Assembly (NCBI GenBank): GCA_965235115.1
Contig: OZ249436.1
Span: forward strand, 57,784,001-57,848,000
Reading direction: 5' to 3'
Length of the DNA: 64,000 bases
Source of the DNA: Laetmonice hystrix
Taxonomy: Eukaryota
This document shows, in pieces, positions 61,006 through 64,000 of this stretch. Numbering within the stretch: the stretch's first letter is position 1; each line of letters begins with the position of its first letter. Under the pieces are notes generated by a model that did not search any database, was not told the DNA's origin, and worked only from the letters and a program-made list of their open reading frames with translations. The translations under genes and the position numbers were made by a program.

Positions 61006-61193
61006 GTCAGTGGAAGGTCATTACTATAAGGGTAGAAGTTAAAAAGAAAGCAATGTAGCATAGACTCTACTATCTAGACCCTGATAGGCGTCACAATATA
61101 TATATATTTCAAGCATCGTATTCATATCAGTTCCATGTGCCTCAAAAAGTAAATTTATTAGGCCTAACAAAGAAATATTTTTTGTATTAAAAG

Positions 61194-61328
61194 GAGAGAA
61201 ACGGTTGTCGGCCACCTTTAGTGACTACGAACCTCATAGCCAGTCCGAGTACAACTGGAGCGATAGTGACACGTCTTCGTCGTCTGACTGGAATGACGAG
61301 GACGAAGAACCACGCCGAAAACCATTGA
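61194..61328 (+). CDS. Cav3: Cav3 I-II linker exon, Ser/acidic-rich (135 nt, phase 1-1)
   Basis: Acceptor TTTTTGTATTAAAAG; translates (G)EKRLSATFSDYEPHSQSEYNWSDSDTSSSSDWNDEDEEPRRKPL; donor A|GTAAGT at 61329. Frame-preserving; assigned by splice signals and composition, not recognised homology. Confidence 0.75.
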   Translation, partial: ERNGCRPPLVTTNLIASPSTTGAIVTRLRRLTGMTRTKNHAENH

Positions 61329-62823
61329 GTAAGTCCAGATTAGTACAATCATTTAATATTTCTTCATGTTTTTGTTTTTTTTGTTTTAATTTTTGTTAAG
61401 AATTGAATGTTTCCAGAGGTATAGAAAAAAGGAAAATTGTGTCTTTTATTCCATACGCCCAGGTTGACTAACAATGTGCCTTATTCAACTGCCTGTTGAT
61501 AGTTTGTTTTCTCTTATTCGTGATATACAAGAGGAAAGGGAAATTCTTTTAACGATCCACTGGAGTGATCTTTCTGGACATTATTCACATTATTTTGACG
61601 TTGTAGAAAGTCAGTCTGCGGTAATAGTTAGACCCCTCATTAGACTTTTTAAATCGTCGGTAACTTTATCAGACCAAAGTACACCAAAACTGTTCAAAAT
61701 AAAGTTTAGACAAGTCAGAATTTACTATCAGGATTTCGGTTATTTTTGCAACATTTATCCTTTTTTGAAAGTTCAGAATTACGCACAGGATTTACCAGAA
61801 AACTATAACTCCGAAATGCAACACGATAAGAAAAGGTCACCTAATTGTTACTGTTTTACGTCTTATGTTTGTGTTTCGTGAGCCTTGTTTTCAAAGGAAC
61901 TATCTTTGTGGCCATTTGGTGCAATGTAGATAGCACCAAAGGGTCTGTTCCGTCCAGACTTTGTGTTAACATCATGTTGACGTTTTCCCTGTCTACCCTT
62001 TGTTGGTAAAGTTCTCAGACTGTACTGTACAAAGACAATACAAAACGACCAGGTCATTTTTCTAGTCCCTGTTGCCGATCTTGATGGAGAACCAAAGAAA
62101 AAGAAGATGATGATATCAGTTTTTGGACCTTTGTTTTGTTGTGAATTTCTTGCTTCTGAGTAAAGCTGGCTATGGCTCTAAGAGCTTAAGTATGTGGATT
62201 TGAGAAATGGTCATATGTAATCAATCTATTAACGTGTGTGTTTTTATACGTTAGGGGTGTATACATATTTATAATAATTTTGACAAAAGTATGATTACAA
62301 ACGATTAACGAGGTTTTTGAGCGTTTGTGATTCATAGACAACGTTCAGATAATTTTAAATATCTTCAGTGGGAAGTAAATTTAAGAGACGTAAGTAATAA
62401 AGTGCATACCCGTATACACCCGTAATGTTTCTGACTCTGGTGGTTTAACATCCTGTTTATCAGCCAAAGAAATTGAACTTGATTTATAATAAAGTGATTT
62501 TGGTGTTGGAGAACGTTATTAATTTGAATTTTTGTTTGGCGCTCAATATAACATAAAAGTGGTTCAGTCTTTTTCTTTTCAAGTTTTCTGATCAAAGCTG
62601 GTTGCAGTCGAAATTTACACGGTTTCTCGGTGGTAAAAAGGGAGAAGACCACCAAATAAGATTTATACAGTATCCTTTCTTCACTTCCAAATGAGCTTAG
62701 TCTGTCTACAATCTGCAACATGTCAACTTAGCCTTCTTTTGAAACGAGAGAGGAACTGAACAAATCTGGAGGTTGGCTTGATTTGATAGCTTTGTTGTGT
62801 TTTATTTTTGGTTTTGTCTCCAG

Positions 62824-62910
62824 CATGGAAGGATGTAGACGACGAGTCATCGATCTCACAAACATCCACCAAATGTGGCTGTTGTAGATGTAGAAATCGA
62901 GATGCTCCCC
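62824..62910 (+). CDS. Cav3: Probable Cav3 I-II linker exon with Cys cluster (87 nt, phase 1-1)
   Basis: Acceptor TTTTTGGTTTTGTCTCCAG; translates (T)WKDVDDESSISQTSTKCGCCRCRNRDAP; donor C|GTGAGT at 62911. Phase matches the previous exon; no stops. Confidence 0.65.
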
Positions 62911-64000
62911 GTGAGTAGGGTCTATGTGGGAAACAGCCACTGTTCAGACTCTTCAGAATCACCATCCTATTTTGGTAGAAATTGGCCCAACCAAACAACC
63001 AACCACCACTTGGAAAGAGTACGTTTAAACGTAGTCAGAGCCATCCGGTACATGTTTGAATTAAAGAAAGGGCAATCTCCAGGCGTTATGTTCAATAACA
63101 GTCCAATGTGCATTCCTTATTTCTTCCAAAATAAGGGTGATGGTGTTTTTGAGGGCTGTCCTGGCTATTTTCAAGTTGACCGTAGGACAGTGACTTTCAA
63201 CGCTTCTGCTTCCACAAAGCTTTGTGATTGTATTTCTGGAGTGGGGTGTTTAGAGCTTGTTTAAAAACCCAAATGAGTTATAGCTGGTCGTCAAATCCAG
63301 TAAAATCTGGTTTGGTCTTGTACTGTTTGAATAGTATTGGTTTCTGGGATGCTTGGCCCTTTCATTTTTTTTCAAGTTGGTTTGGAATCTGTAACCCCTC
63401 TCACCAACCCCCTACCCCCACCTCCAAAAACAGATGTTCCACCATGCTGTTAGCCTATACACACATTGATCAATACTGTGTATATCTCAAGTGTATTCAT
63501 ATTGTATGTCTGATATAATTGTAGTGGAAATATTCTGTTCATCTTTTGAAGGAACAATAATTTCAGCCTCAAGCTGGTAGTCAAATACGAATTGAAAGGA
63601 AACCAGGAATCTTTCTGTAATTGCCATGCACATGTAGCAAACATAAAACCCTACTTACATGAATACCAACTTGTTTCCACTCTCAAGATTCGACATTAGT
63701 GTCACAAAAACATAATTTTGTCAGGCTTAGTGGTGGTACCATTATTGAGGAAAAAAATGACCTTGTTCTTTTCCCTAGTGTCTGAGATTATTGTTCGCGG
63801 CAGTAAATTCAATATTGTAAACCTATGGGAATGTGTCTGGCGTAAGTCGTGTCTATGTCTCATATAATAACATTTAATGTTATACGGACATGTATCTGAA
63901 TGTATTGGGAACACTGGTCATCCACTCTTAAATCTGTCCTCATGGCTTTGATGACTTACCAACAAGGTTTTGTCGTGAACGTTACGTGTTGGAGTGACGT

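Larger units (their letters stand above)
20914..62910 (+). other. Cav3: T-type voltage-gated calcium channel alpha-1 (Cav3) gene, partial: domain I and part of the I-II linker; first coding exon upstream and domains II-IV downstream of the window
   Basis: Exons join in frame with matching phases into a Cav3-type sequence: [19 protein letters not shown] (S1), [14 protein letters not shown] (S4), [22 protein letters not shown] (S5), [21 protein letters not shown] (pore), [19 protein letters not shown] (S6), gating-brake region and APRASPE motif. Confidence 0.97.

Noticed and set aside
60525-61061. 178-aa minus-strand ORF
   Set aside because: Antisense shadow of the large Cav3 linker exon.
62875-63264. 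129-aa ORF as a separate gene
   Set aside because: Overlaps the probable 87-nt exon in a different frame and runs through its GTGAGT donor into intron-like sequence.

Overview
Eukaryotic (invertebrate, probably lophotrochozoan-like; inferred) genomic DNA lying entirely inside one large + strand gene, a T-type voltage-gated calcium channel (Cav3, CACNA1G/H/I family). The window starts inside a >20.9 kb U12-type (AT-AC) intron. It then carries the exons for domain I (S1 to S6) and part of the I-II linker, all joining in frame with consistent splice phases. The standout observation is that the 93-nt exon carrying the domain I selectivity-filter residue is duplicated in tandem (55660-55752 and 55815-55907). 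One copy encodes canonical LEGWVD and the other LAGWVN, so splicing could switch the pore from an EEDD-type to an AEDD-type filter. A candidate 21-nt microexon would extend the domain I S3-S4 segment. An intact, young 5.17-kb Ngaro-type tyrosine-recombinase retrotransposon (A1-gag-RT/RH-YR-B1-A2-B2, 23160-28325) sits in sense orientation in an intron. It shows a -1 frameshift signal, candidate splice sites for recombinase expression, and an att-like palindromic junction. The rest is intronic: minisatellites, microsatellites, MITE-like remnants, decayed repeats and one 163-nt assembly gap.
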